This document shows, piece after piece, positions 27,304 to 40,170 of a stretch of 64,000 nt of DNA. This DNA is from Marsupella aquatica. Lineage: Eukaryota; Plantae; Marchantiophyta. The notes beneath the pieces were generated by a model. The model saw only the letters and a program-made list of their open reading frames with translations. It made no database searches and was not told the origin of the DNA. Made by a program: the position numbers and the translations under genes. Location: positions 16,126,816 through 16,190,815 of the forward strand of contig OZ316895.1 in NCBI GenBank assembly GCA_973895155.1. Reading direction: 5' to 3'. How positions within the stretch are numbered: the stretch's first letter is position 1; every line of letters starts with the position of its first letter.

Positions 27304-27311
27304 TTTTATAG
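27304..27311 (-). promoter_or_regulatory. Candidate TATA box of ALDH2
   Basis: Minus strand reads CTATAAAAGG about 450 bp upstream of the ATG. Confidence 0.45.
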
Positions 27312-28199
27312 CACGAATGATTTGGAAGTCTTCTCGACTGTACCGAGTCCGTTATCCCGATGGTTTGATCCGACCGAAAAGTCCCACATTACAAGAATGT
27401 TCAGCAATTTTTCCGCTACAGTTAATTACATGACTCTGTGGTGCTTCTCTCGAAGCATCAGATGGGTGAATGAGTCTGCTGACCTGCTCCGTTAGTCCGG
27501 AGCGCCAGATACCTTCATTGGATAGGGCCGACAAGGAGACTTAGATGATGTCATGCGGTTCTTCCACTGTTGTTGGACCGGATTCATCATTAACACTTCA
27601 TGTCGTCTTCGAGGGGAGAATTGGAGGAGTTGAAACAAGACTTGTGACTCCATTCGTTCCTGAATCACCTTCTCATGAGGAGAGTGACCAGGTGATCCCG
27701 AGACCCATACGTTGAACATTGGGCAGAGGAAATTCCCTCGGAAGCACCGCAGCAGTCTACTCGTGAACTCTAACCTCTTGTCTCTCTCCGCATCGGGCGA
27801 GAAGACGATCAGGCTAGAGAAACGAATGCTTTAGGGGATTGGGGGCAAAGAAATGTCGCCCTGAGCAGCGTCCACTCTGAAATTTCAAAGACTTGACTTC
27901 GGCACAGCAAGTGCCACTGCCGGTTCGACTATCAGGCTCCTCGAAGTGCAAAATCATTCGGTGGCCCTTCCTCGAAAATGCGTTTGTTACATTTCCTTGG
28001 AAAAATACATTTGTTACGTTTCCTTGGGTCCAACTCTCGCCAAGGCTATCTCCCCAAGTGTCCCCCAAGTCTCTTTCTCTACCCATGTGCAACTTCCATC
28101 CTATATTTTAGCATTGACTTGACTTCTATTGACTTGACTTCTACAATAGGGAGTCTCAAATATATATCAAAGTGCCCAAAGCAGAAACCTCCCAACCTG

Positions 28200-28378
28200 G
28201 GGACACTATCCCAAAGGCAAAGGAACCCAATGAAGGGGAGGAAAAGACACTATCCCAAAGGCAAAGGAACAGACACTATCCCAAAGGCAAAGGAACCCAA
28301 GGCAAAGGAACCCAATGAAGGGGAGGAAAAGACACTATCCCAAAGGCAAAGAAACCCAATGAAGGGGAGGAAAAGAGG
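28200..28378. repeat. ~44-bp purine-rich minisatellite with partial units
   Basis: gacactatcccaaaggcaaaggaacccaatgaaggggaggaaaa about 3 full copies plus partial copies. Confidence 0.85.
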
Positions 28379-29514
28379 GGAAAGGGCCCCAAAGCTGGTC
28401 CATAACAGGTTAAAGAAGTTTCATAACAAACCGGAGGAAAACGATAATGGGATTAGATATTATAGTGTTCAGATAGATTGCCTGAATACTATCCCAAAGG
28501 ATTTGGAAACTAAATGAACCAGGCCTCTGACAAAAGGTTTGTGGTCATACAAGGTGAACATCCTAAAATACGATGTACAATACTTCCTTGTAAATCTTCA
28601 GAGAAAATTCCTCTGAGGCCATTTTAGGGGCCGTCACAACACAAATAATATAGGAATTTCTACTCTAGTTGCACCATTGAATTACATGCTTATTTTTAAC
28701 GTATCTAAAATTTAAGAAAGTTAGGGATAATTTATCTTAGAAAGTAATATTTATGTGCGCTTTGGAAGTGTTTAGTTTTTCAGTTCTTTCACTCCGCGTG
28801 GCTGCGCTGTTCGTATTAGGACTATGTAGTCACTGACTCACTGCAGTGTGCAATCCCTCCCGGTCTACCATAGTAGACTGCAGACACTCACTAATGGAGT
28901 TCGATACCTTCCCTTGGATTGTCGACGAGTCTGCTCCTTCGCGAGCAGTGCCAATCTTTTTCCCAGATCTGCGAGAATCAATGTTTGGCCGTCGCAATGA
29001 CACTCCAGATCCATGAAATGCCGGCCTTGTGGCGTAAATCCTGCTCCGTAAACTGAGTTTTTGGTTCATTAATACCCTTCATTTTCAAGATCTGACTGCT
29101 TCTGGTCTTAGATGCCTTCATCAACACGTCAAGCGAGCTCCCAAGGTTTGTGGAATTCTTTTGCAAGACTCGGTTCGCGTGTTTACGCCCTTATGTTTCT
29201 TTCTCGGTCAATTGTGGTTAAATTCTGCTCAACCCTACCGCATGTCATTGCATGACTTTAGGACGATCTGTTCGAGCATGTGCATTGTTCTGGAGGATAC
29301 TTTGCATTGCATTTTAAGTCATTGGCATTTGTGGCACTGCGCTCCGAGCCATGGATGTATATTACTTCCACTGCGACGATGAACATGTTTTCGATTGCGT
29401 CTGATGACGTCGTTTGGCTACTTTGCCGATGGTTTATGCGTCTTTTCCCAGATGTCTCGACTGAGAGAAGGGAATAGCCAAAAGTGATAGGAGGAACTCT
29501 AAGGTCCTGTGAGG

Positions 29515-32500
29515 ATGGCTCCTACGGAATTTCAACCACATCAGAAATCCGTAGCAGCGTTGTTTGGGGACGATGGTGACTCACAGCCGCTCTGGTTCAA
29601 GAAAGACGCCTTTGGGGAGAGCACATTTGATAGCGAAGCGTACATATCAGACCTTCGACGGTTTGTGCCCTTTGATACCTTGAGAGCGGAGCTTCGAAGC
29701 CATCAGGCCGTGCTGAAGCATGAGTTGGTTGACCTAATCAATCGGGATTATGCTGACTTCGTGAATTTGAGCACTAAGCTAGTCGATGTGGATGGAGCTG
29801 TATTGCGGATGCGGCTACCATTGAATGACTTGAGAGCAAAGCTGGTGGTGGTGAGAGAGAGTGTTAAGGAATCTCTCGCATCTCTTCAAGATGGGTTGAA
29901 GCGGAGAGCCGAAGCTTCAGCTTCACGCGAGATTTTGGAGCTACTTCTCGACACTTCCCACGTTGTTTCCAAGGTATGTCCCTGCACGGTTTTGCTGCAG
30001 AACTACTTCGTTCGTCTGTTATCAGATAATCCTCTCGGTGATACTAGTATCTATAGCCGACTCCTTGTTCTGTTGTCCGTTTTCTACTATTGCAATGCCA
30101 CCATTTGTGCCTAGACATGTCCCCCAAATAGAAAGAAATTTGGTATCAAGCTCTCCAAGGAAATACTTCGAAACTGCTGTTGACATTTTTGGCCGGGAGT
30201 TGCTTCAACTTCGAGCACGAAGTGAAGAAACCACCTCAAATCTGTGGTGCGCTCAGCAGGGGTGTTAGTAACCTTCCATGCGAACGAACTTTCCGATCTG
30301 AAAATTTATCTTAGTGGATGATTGAATTTGGTAGTTAGTTGGGTGGCATTTAAGTTTCCTTGATCTAATAACTGTCCTTGATCAGGTTGAGAAGCTCCTT
30401 GTGGAGCTGCAAAACATACCTGAAGATGGCTCTCATGCCTCAAATTATTCTAAAAGTAATGGAATGCAAAATGGCGGTATTCGGGGAGACCAGGCAGACC
30501 ACGGTGAAAATCTAGAAGAGTCACGAAGTCGTCTGATGGAAAGAATAGCCAGTGAAATGAACCGGCTCAAGTTCTATGTGGCTCGAGCTCAGGTATTATG
30601 CTGGCCTTGACATGTGCAGCTTGGTTGACTATGATGAGATCGTCGAAGGGGGAACTCGAGATTCTATATTGTAGTTGATGGAATCGATATATTATATGGC
30701 CATGTTTCTAGAATACTTGATTTGGCCACATGCATTTAAAGGAAAGGCACGGAATATTTTCTTTTTATCTGCTCCGTGCACTATTCACTACCTCAGACTG
30801 ACAGGGACGCGTGTAGTGTGAAAGTGATTCATGTTTTGTATAAATATGAATGGCAGACCATGGTATAAAACTGTTGTAAGGTCTGCGCATGCACGTCTAG
30901 GGTCGTATGCTGGTGCGGTGCTTGTGTGCGCCACCAATAAATACATGAAGTTAGAAATGTCATTCGCTTTTGGATGCGAGAGCACAACCGTTCTGCAAGA
31001 GAGAAGAGATCAAATACTGATCGGAGATGTAGAGTCCCGATTATCGAGTTCGAACTCAAATCTACAGGCTTCCCGTGGCTTTGTACTTTATAACCAATAT
31101 CCTAATTAAGTGAAATGAGAACTTCATTCATTCGAGTGTCACAACAGCAGTTCTTATGCTTTTATGTTTGGCACTCGTGTCCGTCAGTAATCTAATTTAT
31201 TTCTCGATGAGCAGGATCTACCATTCATACAAAACATGGAAAAGAGGATACAAAATGCAGATGTATCTCTCAACGCGAGCTTACGGCGGAGTTTTGAAGG
31301 TGGCCTGGAGCGGCGTGATGAGATGGTTATCTATCACTGTCTCCGTGCCTATTCTGCAATTGACAACACTGCAGGGGCGGAAGAAGTCTTTCGATCCGCT
31401 GTGGTTGCTCCATTTGTGCAAGAAATGATTCCCTTGAGTCCCGAGAAGAGGGTTGTTGGTGGCAGTAATGCTCTCAGTGAGGTGTTTCAGGAGTTAGAGG
31501 AACGAATTCAAGCTCAGTGCAAATTTTTGCTCGACATTTCAGCTGCAGGCAGGGGTTGATTGCACACTCTCATTTACAGTATTGTTTCCTGTGGTAACTG
31601 TGCACATTGCATTGGGAATGCACCTCTCTTATGTTAAAGATAGACACTGGAGCGTTAAGGTGAAAAAGCTTGTCAGTATTGCTGATGCTTTGTTAACCGA
31701 TTGCCTCCGTTTCCCGCCTTGCTCTTTGTGCTCTCAAGTTCAAACGAATACCTTCATGATTAGGCTGCGCTGATGATTTCTTCTGTTGATATTCCAGCGA
31801 ATTCCGGTCTGCATGTTTTTGACTTTTTGAGCAACTCCATTCTGAAGGAGGTTCACTCAGCTATTCAGAAAGGAAAGCCAGGAGCATTTTCTCCTGGGAA
31901 ACCAGGAGAATTTCTGGCCAACTACAAAGCGAGCTTGAAATTCCTGAATTTCTTAGAAGGTATGATTCATGGTTACGCACCTGCTCATAGTGTGACATTC
32001 CTTTTCTGCTCTTAATAAATTATCCTGAGAAGCTTCAACATTCTTCATTCAAGATGAGGCATGGCAGAAGGTGAGGTGCCCACGAGTGTTACATGAAAGG
32101 GTGTAACCACAGTCGTTATCATGATTACCTTCATCCCCAGCTTCTCTGACGCTGCTGCACCCGTGTTTTGAACTTTTATGCACAGTTTTTCACAGGAGAT
32201 GATACTTTTGTAAATCCGCGTGCTCATCAAGTTAGCAACTGCTTTTGGATGCATTCTGTTGGGTTATTGTGTCTATGAATTGTCCTCAACAGCCTCTTGT
32301 TGGCATAGTTCATCCTTGTTTAAATATAGATTCAAAGGACGGGCGATTGTCCAGAAAAAGTCCATAAATCTGTTTGAATGCACCTAAAGCGTTGAGGCGT
32401 CCTTAGGATAGGGTGAAGAAAGACTTTCATTTTGTCTCCAGGAAAGTCGATGTCAGCACAGGTTACGTTCTCCGTCGCAGAATAAATGACAATAAACTAT

Positions 32501-35500
32501 GTACGTGTGACCTTTGTCCTTGAACTTCTCCGTAAGTGGTGTCACGTCAATAGAGTATCTAGAGTGAGAATAACAGAGAAGCACGGTTTAATTTCTGCAA
32601 CGCTCTAATTTGCTGGGCAGTAACCAAAATCCAGCAGTTGTCGGCCGAGGTACAGTTTTGAGGGGGTCTTTAGGTGATGAGACAGCTTATTATGTCACTA
32701 GAAGAATGCTTTCTTGCTCATGGCATAGGTCACTGTTTCTTTCCTTGGTGCACCTTCCATGTTGTGTTTGATGAAGTTGCTGCGAGTGGGTGCTCCTCTG
32801 AATGTGCTTTTGAATGTTACTTGAAAATACATGTTGATCCAGGATACTGCCAGTCACAGACAGCCATTGAATCTTTTAGGTCTCAGGCTGCATATGTTGA
32901 TTTCATGAAACAGTGGAATCTTGGTGTATACTACACATTAAGGTGAGGCCTCAATATCACATATCTTTAAGCTCACGAACTTTAAGCTGTGCATTGCATG
33001 CTGCTTAGATTCTGATTTACAATATCATCAAACCTTCTGAATCCTTTTCTGTTGTAATTCTGCACATATATTTTTGGAGCGTCCCGTTGTGGTCTAAAGC
33101 AAGTATTATGACAAGCTTTACTCTAGGTTTCAGGAAATTGCCGGTGCACTGGATGCTGCCCTGGCAACACCCCTAGCAACTCCTTCTCAAGGCGATGCGA
33201 AGAATGACGAACATGCTTCACTAGGTTTGGCACTCCAGCCGAGTGCTGTGCTTTGGGATTGTTTACAGCGTTGCTGGCAAGATAACGTCTTTATCAAAGC
33301 TGTGTCTGATAAGTTCTTCAAACTGACTTTACAACTTCTGTCAAGGTTAGTTTGTTTCACGAGGCATGAAAGCGGTCCTTCTCCTTTCTTTCGTTTTGAT
33401 TGTGGGGCAGGATGTGTCGTTTTGCGAGTCTCTTTGATCCCTGGTTCATACGTGTTTTGCGACTCTCTTTGATCCCCTGGCTTTCCTGTGATGAGCGATG
33501 TAGATAAATCATGAAAACGTTGTGGACACCTTCATTAAGTTTAGAGATCCTTCTGTGAGGAAAACGGATTATAGATCGTTGTTGGTTTCAGTTCCGATGG
33601 AAACCAACGCTGTTTCTCTTTCGCTTTGGGCTCTTATGAAATTTGTGTGCATTGCAATCAGCCTTGTATCACTTGCCTCTCACAGTAGTGGGTCGATGAC
33701 CACTTCTGTGGCCACTGTTCTTGGGAGTAGTCCGTTGTGGGCAGTGCGTAGTTTGTATGGTGTTTGCGGTTCTTAATTAGTGGCTTTTATTTATGATACC
33801 GTACTGATGGTTTCCCTGTACTGGCAGGTATTCAACATGGCTTTCTTCTGGCTTGATTGCTCGAAAATCAGTGAACACAGAAAGGGCTCCTGGAGGGGAG
33901 TGGGCTTTGACAGCTACAGCAGAAGATTTTCTCCTAGTATATTCTCTGCTCACTTCGCATGGTCATACCCGTACACAGGAGTGGAGTGTGTAATTGACAT
34001 CAAGGATTTGTTTGAATGATAATAGCAACGCTTCTATGCTAATTAGTGGGTTCCTGTTTGCTAGTTTGTTTGTTTTTTGTTTTTTTTTCCCTGTTTGCTA
34101 CTTGAACTATTGAACTAGATTAGAGCCTACTTTTCCGGTAGTTTCAAGGACAGCTATCCATAGACGCTTCGAAACGGTTAGTCAACATCAGTGTATCAAA
34201 TCTCTGGGGCCTCAATCATAATATGAATATCATCCAAGCGTCCATCTAAAATCTTTTGCAGTGCTATAACATTTCTACTAGTTTTGGATTATTTGTGGAC
34301 TCTACTGATCTGTGAGTCTTGCTGGCTGAGATGCAGGTCAGCCATGATGTGAAGCTCTTGGGTTCGAAGATTAAAGGTTCTTATGTACAGCATGTTCTGC
34401 ATGCCTTGGATCCCAGCCAAGGAGAATTACGGACAGTTGTAGAAAAAAGCATACTTCAAGGAGCGGATCTTTTGATGGAAATTGTGCCGGCTCTCACCGA
34501 TGTTTTAACGGAAACCTTAGCTGACAAGTGTGTCGAGGTCAGTGTTCCTGTCTGTGATGGTCAATTGAGTGTTACTGGGTTGTACAATTTCTTGAAAGCA
34601 AAGTTATAGGCCCCGCTCCGACCCATATATTCTCCTTTCTTAAGGTTGTCTCTGGTGGCCTCAATGGTCGGAGCGTCTCTCATTATCCCTGGGGAGGGAG
34701 AAGGCATGTTTGATTCTTGGATCCTTGAAGTGAGCTAGTGAAAGTGGAGTATTGCGGATGGGACAAACGCAATGTCTCTGGCTGATTATCGTCATCATAT
34801 GTACCAATCAAATTTTCTGCAAGTGCGCTAGGGTTCTAACTTGACATGTTTTTTCGCAATTGGTTTTTCTGGATGTTTCAGATTGTATTGGCTTTACTAG
34901 TTTTAATCAGAAATACCTGCTGTCCACGGATAAGTAACATATCGATTTTATACAGGTGCTGAAGCAAGCAAAGGGAATCACTGCCACTTATCGTATGACG
35001 AATAAACCACTCCCAACTCGCCACTCACCTTATGTTTCTAGTGTTCTTCAACCTTTAAAGGTACAGCTAAACGTCGTTATAACCAACTTTTGTGTGTTTG
35101 GCACTTATGAGTTGGCATGAGAGAATTTATAATGGGAGAATTGAGGCTCGTGTAACGTAGATAGGTGTTTCCTGTTGTTCAGTTTCCGTACGAGAATCAT
35201 TTATTAGTGTACGGGCTACTTTGAATATAGAAGTCCAGTAGGGAGTATCGTTGCAGGTTTAAAGAGAGGAGAACTGAGACAAAAATGAGCTGCGTTTACA
35301 AGTCAGGATTGACCAAGCAAATGCGAAGATTATGTGTGACTTTCTTGTTTCGCAAAGGTTTTTGGAATAGTCAGCCTCTACCGGTGATGTGATGTGCTAC
35401 TGTTTCTGACATTGACTCATATGGCTCTGTCTAGGCTTTCTTAGATGGAGATCGCATCACATATCTGAGGGAACAGGCTCAAAAGGAACTGCTAGGTACT

Positions 35501-36205
35501 GTTGTGGAGAAGATTACTACGCGATATGATGACCAAGCTCGGGAAATCATCAATACGGTACGATCTGCTTACAGAATTCTCGCTTGAATTTTCAGATTTG
35601 TTAATGTATCACTGACTATATGGGCCCTAAACGGACACTATCAGGGCCCTAAACATTTCCCAGCTTTCAGGTGGGAAATGGGTCTCAATCGTACCAAGTT
35701 CTAGCTGGTTTCATTGTGGTGTATCGTGGTTTACTAACTTTTTAATATTTGTACTACTTGTCGCCTTTCTGCAGGCAAGGAAAACAGAAACAACTCTGGC
35801 TCGCTTTAGGCAGGGAGCAGCTCGTCAAAGAGGAGCTGGAGCAGACACTAGTGAGAACAGTGTATCAGACACTGATAAGATTTGTGCACAACTTTGCCTT
35901 GATGTCCAGGTATGCCGCAGAAAACGTCATTGAGTTACCCAAAAATATGATATGCTTTTTGGTTGTGTGTTTTTTTACTTTTTGGTGATGTCTTCGGGGG
36001 AGTCTTTTGCCAGCTAGCTGTAATACAGCAATATGATTTGCCACATCAACGCCGCAGTTTAAATGGGTCGACGTTGAACTGCATGCTTCAGGAATACGGG
36101 AGAAGACTATCAGGTTTGGGCTTCACAGCTACAGAACTTCCTTCGTATGTGTCATTGTGGCAAACAGTTGCGCCCCCAGACAAGCAATCGCTAACCAGGT
36201 TTTGA
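29515..36205 (+). CDS. COG2: Conserved oligomeric Golgi complex subunit 2; exons ~29515-29973, 30386-30592, 31215-31548(or 31554), 31798-31959, 32843-32942, 33127-33345, 33828-33936, 34337-34537, 34956-35060, 35435-35557, 35775-35909, 36092-36205
   Basis: PLWFKKDAF..FDSEAYISDLRRFVPFDTLR, LVDLINRDYADFVNLSTKLV, RIASEMNRLKFY, AFSPGKP, FMKQWNLGVYYTLRFQEIAG, YRMTNKPLPTRHSPYV, SDTDKICAQL. Confidence 0.92.
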
Positions 36206-39200
36206 CAGCTTGGCGCAAATTCTTGTAAAGCTAACTACTAAAAGGCAACGGTTGATCACTAACATCCACACAAAGTGTTGCGCGAAGAGTCAAACCATAG
36301 AAAATAGTCACCATTGATATTCTGTTGAGAGAAGGTTTTTTTCCCTTAAAGGTCATTCCAGGTCGCCTGAATATTGGAAACGAAATCGTTAATGCCTTGC
36401 GAAAGTCAGATATCACTGCAGAGTAAATAGGGTCGTCCTACTCCTATCTACGACTTCAAATATCCAGGCCACACGGAAATAGCTGAACCACTCCTGATCA
36501 ATTTCAGCCAGGCAACCAGTTCCTCTTTAGTGCTTTAAATGGTGGTCACCGGCACGCCATGATATGTAACACCCGTAATCATGCCCTTGAGGTAGTGAGG
36601 TACTAAAATTCTTTGTCATTGGCACAGAGTCGTGTCCAAGTAAGAAGCAGTTATTCAATAAAGCAGGTGAGAATTCAAGGTTGCCGATAAATGTAACACT
36701 GTAGATCCGTTTCTGACAAGAGGGATTCCAAGTTTTATCAATTGAGGGTCGTTTGACAAAAAACCGTGTTTTTGTTATGTACAGGATCTTGTGAAGTGTG
36801 TCACGTACTGTTCTTCGTAGGGTCATAGCAACTGTTTGACTGTATTGTTTTACGACCAACCAGGGCTAATGATGACCTGCTCATATCAGTGGTTTAGTGT
36901 CGTTATTATGGCATTGGAATGGTGGTCTCCAGTCAAAGGCGTAGAAACTGCAAGTGCCTTGATCTGATTTGTTATAGTCTGTTCGCAACTTCTTCTATCA
37001 TCAGAGAGTATCTGTAAAATGGATACCAGTTGAGAGGGGAAATGACAAAGACTGATCAGAATGTAAACAGGATGACTCCTCTTGTAACCTCCAATGATTT
37101 TGCATGATATTGGCTACAATGCAGCATCGTAAAAATATTAACATCGTGGAGCCCTTCCAGAGGCTAGTTGTGCCTCGTACTCCACACTTTTTTACCCCGG
37201 TCAAATATTGTCCCTGTTCAGTAGATTTTTATACCCCAAAATAGCTCTACGTTGAGCGTTGCCCAGGTAATGTGGTTGATTGAGACAAGGTGCACGGTTT
37301 AGAATCTGGAGAGAAAACTGTCGGCATTTTTGGCCTCACTCGAAACTGAACCACAGTCCCAACAGTAATTTCTACCAGCACGTCACAGTGCCATCACGGA
37401 GTCTGGAAAGTTCTTACCACCTTTTTCTTTCACTCTAGTCCTCGGAGTATGAGACTTTGGAGTTTAAGATCCAAGGCAGGGCGTGCAGCATGCCAAATTT
37501 CATTTGCAATGGAAATTTGGCAAGGTATCGCTTGGAAATGCTAAGTATTGGGCTCTTTTCGATCCAACATCCTCTTTCGCAATCTATTCAAATACTGCAG
37601 AGGGCAAATCTCTACAGCTTATTTCTTAGGCCCTCCTGTACTGGTTTTACTAATGTTCAACCGGAGTTTCAAGAAGTAACTAGCACGAATAGGTTTTCAA
37701 AGTCACGTCAACTGCCACTTTAAAATGTCTCTGAGCAGGAAAAAGTAGCAGTCTGAGAAAATTTAGATTTTGTACATCGATTGAAACACAGTGCTTCACC
37801 TAAAGCAGACGAACCTTCTGAAAGCCAACAATGAGCGCGGCACTTGGCTCTGTCAAGTGTACGATTGAACTGCCTATAGCAAGGCGTACTTCACATCTAT
37901 AGTGGTTGGATTCGTAATGCCTTGAGAGCGCAGCGAGAATCTTGCACAGTGAAGCTAGTACCAAAGGAGCTGGAGGGGGTTCCTGTAAAACTATGTACAC
38001 TAGTATGTGGAGAGGATGGTCCAATGCAGTGACGCTGTTCGACGATTGAGGAAACAAAACAATACTTCTGGATCTCGTAATGATTTCAGCTTTTGTGCTG
38101 CCCAGTAGGAGTTTAGTTTGCTGCTCAGTCAGGCTTTAGTTTGTTGGAGTTGGCTAGTTGGGAACTTTTCCTTTGTTTTGTCTCTTTTATTGGGTTTCCT
38201 GTCTGTCGGATCCTGTCTCTGGCACTTTTTGTTGATTGCAGTGTCATATATTTACTTTTCCAGTGACACATGAGGAAGCAAGCTGGTCCAATGAGATGAG
38301 GGTGGTTCTAGGGTACAAATATAATAATTCTGGATCTTGTCTCTTTGAGCGATTCAAGCTTGTTGCAGACTTCCAGTGACACATTCGGAAAACTATGTGA
38401 TTAATGATCTTCTGAAGGGATGACGTGCCACCAAATGAACCGCCGTGCCAGTTGTAGGACGTCCTGTGAAACCATGTCAGCACCGGTTGCAAAAAATCCC
38501 ACGCATTTAGTAGCTTGGGAGAAAAGATGGTTTGCCTAGAGACAACTAGCAGCAGAACAGGAAAGCTGATTTTCTTTGGACGGGGACACTGATTTCATTG
38601 GAAGCAGCAGCTACTGATGAGCGAGGGATGGAGGGAGGGAGGGAGGGGATCACGTTTTTCATCTTTTAGGCGCAATTTGGTACACACCAGCAAAGTCTTT
38701 ACTTTGAACACCAGAAAAATGCGAATCTGGTTGGAAGTCCTAATAATGTCTAGTGAAGTGGTACCCTGTGAAGGAAAAGATATGCATGTACGATAACTTT
38801 TCTCCATAAAAGCAACTCCGCCTGGTTCAAGTTCAGGCCAACAGATATCACTCCCGCTCCAGCTGGGGGGAGATGCGGAAGGGCAAGCAATATTATTAAA
38901 CCAAGACCACTTACAGACATGGGTTATTGGGAAATGTATTCGGGCTGACATGTGATATAATAATTCACAACTCTAGCTGAGGCTTTGGTTGATGACTGAC
39001 GAGAGACACGCAAGAACAACCAGGGAAGGTGGGCATTTGGCACTGATCCTTCGAGGGCCTCTCCCCGACATGAGTGAGTACGAGAACAGGTGGACCGATT
39101 GGTTGATTCAGGCCGATAAGTCCTCAAATCAGAGAGGACAACCCATAATCGCCCCTGAAAGTGCTGTAGCCGTGTACAGCCGTTTTACTTTGCTACAGCT

Positions 39201-39831
39201 AAATCAAACCAACAAGTACTGCTGAACTACTAGCGAAGTGGAAGCAGAGAGCTCATTGCAGATTGAGCGACCAAGCAAAAGCCTCAAGGAACTGGCTTCG
39301 CCAACCAAATTATAATCTCTCTCAGGTGCATCCATGATTACTGGCGAATGAAGGAAGTCGAGTACCTTTATCATCATCATAGTTCGTTCATTAGTGAGCC
39401 ACCAGACAGGCACACACTTTGAGGCCGCCATTGTGAAGGAAGAAGCCCATGTATTTTGATTTGTGGGCACAGTCATGATGAGCATTGCCCATCATTGCAC
39501 ACACTCATCGGTGAGAGGCGAGAGGCGAGAGAGCAGATGTTTGCACGTACTCACAAATTTATGGAAATCTAGCATAGTCTGTCTGCAACTGCACGTATCT
39601 CACCAGCGAGCCGTGTGCGAGCCGATTGCAGATAGACAACGCACGCTCATCCGCAGTCGTTTGTACAACAACAGCTTCGTTACTCCCGGCATGCCAGAAA
39701 TTGTTGGGCTACTGTCTTGTCCATCGCTAGTCAGTAATTGGAGAGAAAGTCATGGGAGCACACGTTGTGGGAGCCCACCACCAGCCCACCACGTTCTTGT
39801 TGCTCAGTCAGAGAATCGGATCCGACTAGGC

Positions 39832-40170
39832 TTCAAACTATACACCTTATTTGCTTTGGCAACTTCCGGCATCGGTGACATACTCCTCTTCCACGACAAC
39901 AAACTTACTTAGTATGACGTTCAAACTATTTTATTCGCTTTGGCAATCTACGGCATCAGTAACATACTCCTCTTTCATTGAGAACAAGTTTACTTAGAGG
40001 GATATGGTTACTAGACCCCCTTGTGGAAAAAGTTTGCTTGATCAACCCCTCTATATTTTTCCCCAATCTGGACAGTTGATGGACCTTTAGATCTTAGATC
40101 TGGGCCATTCATAGACCTCAGGGGGTCGATCAAGCAAATACCTCGTTTACTTACGATGATGTTTCAAACT
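39832..40170. repeat. ~85-bp tandem duplication whose second copy is interrupted by a MITE
   Basis: ttcaaacta...tttggcaa...ggcatc.gt.acatactcctctt...ttactta twice; the remainder (gatgatgtttcaaact) resumes after 40153. Confidence 0.7.
39997..40144. mobile_element. Mutator-like MITE (148 bp) with 9-bp TSD GTTTACTTA
   Basis: Starts gagggatatg, ends caagcaaatacctc; TSD at 39988-39996 and 40145-40153; left end resembles the TIR at 41915. Confidence 0.75.

Noticed and set aside
27978-28517. 179-aa K/R-rich ORF
   Set aside because: Produced by the 44-bp minisatellite
34650-34725. tRNA-like A-box in a COG2 intron
   Set aside because: No consistent cloverleaf or B-box
37000-39800. Several short ORFs downstream of COG2
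   Set aside because: No recognisable domain or coherent exon chain could be built by eye
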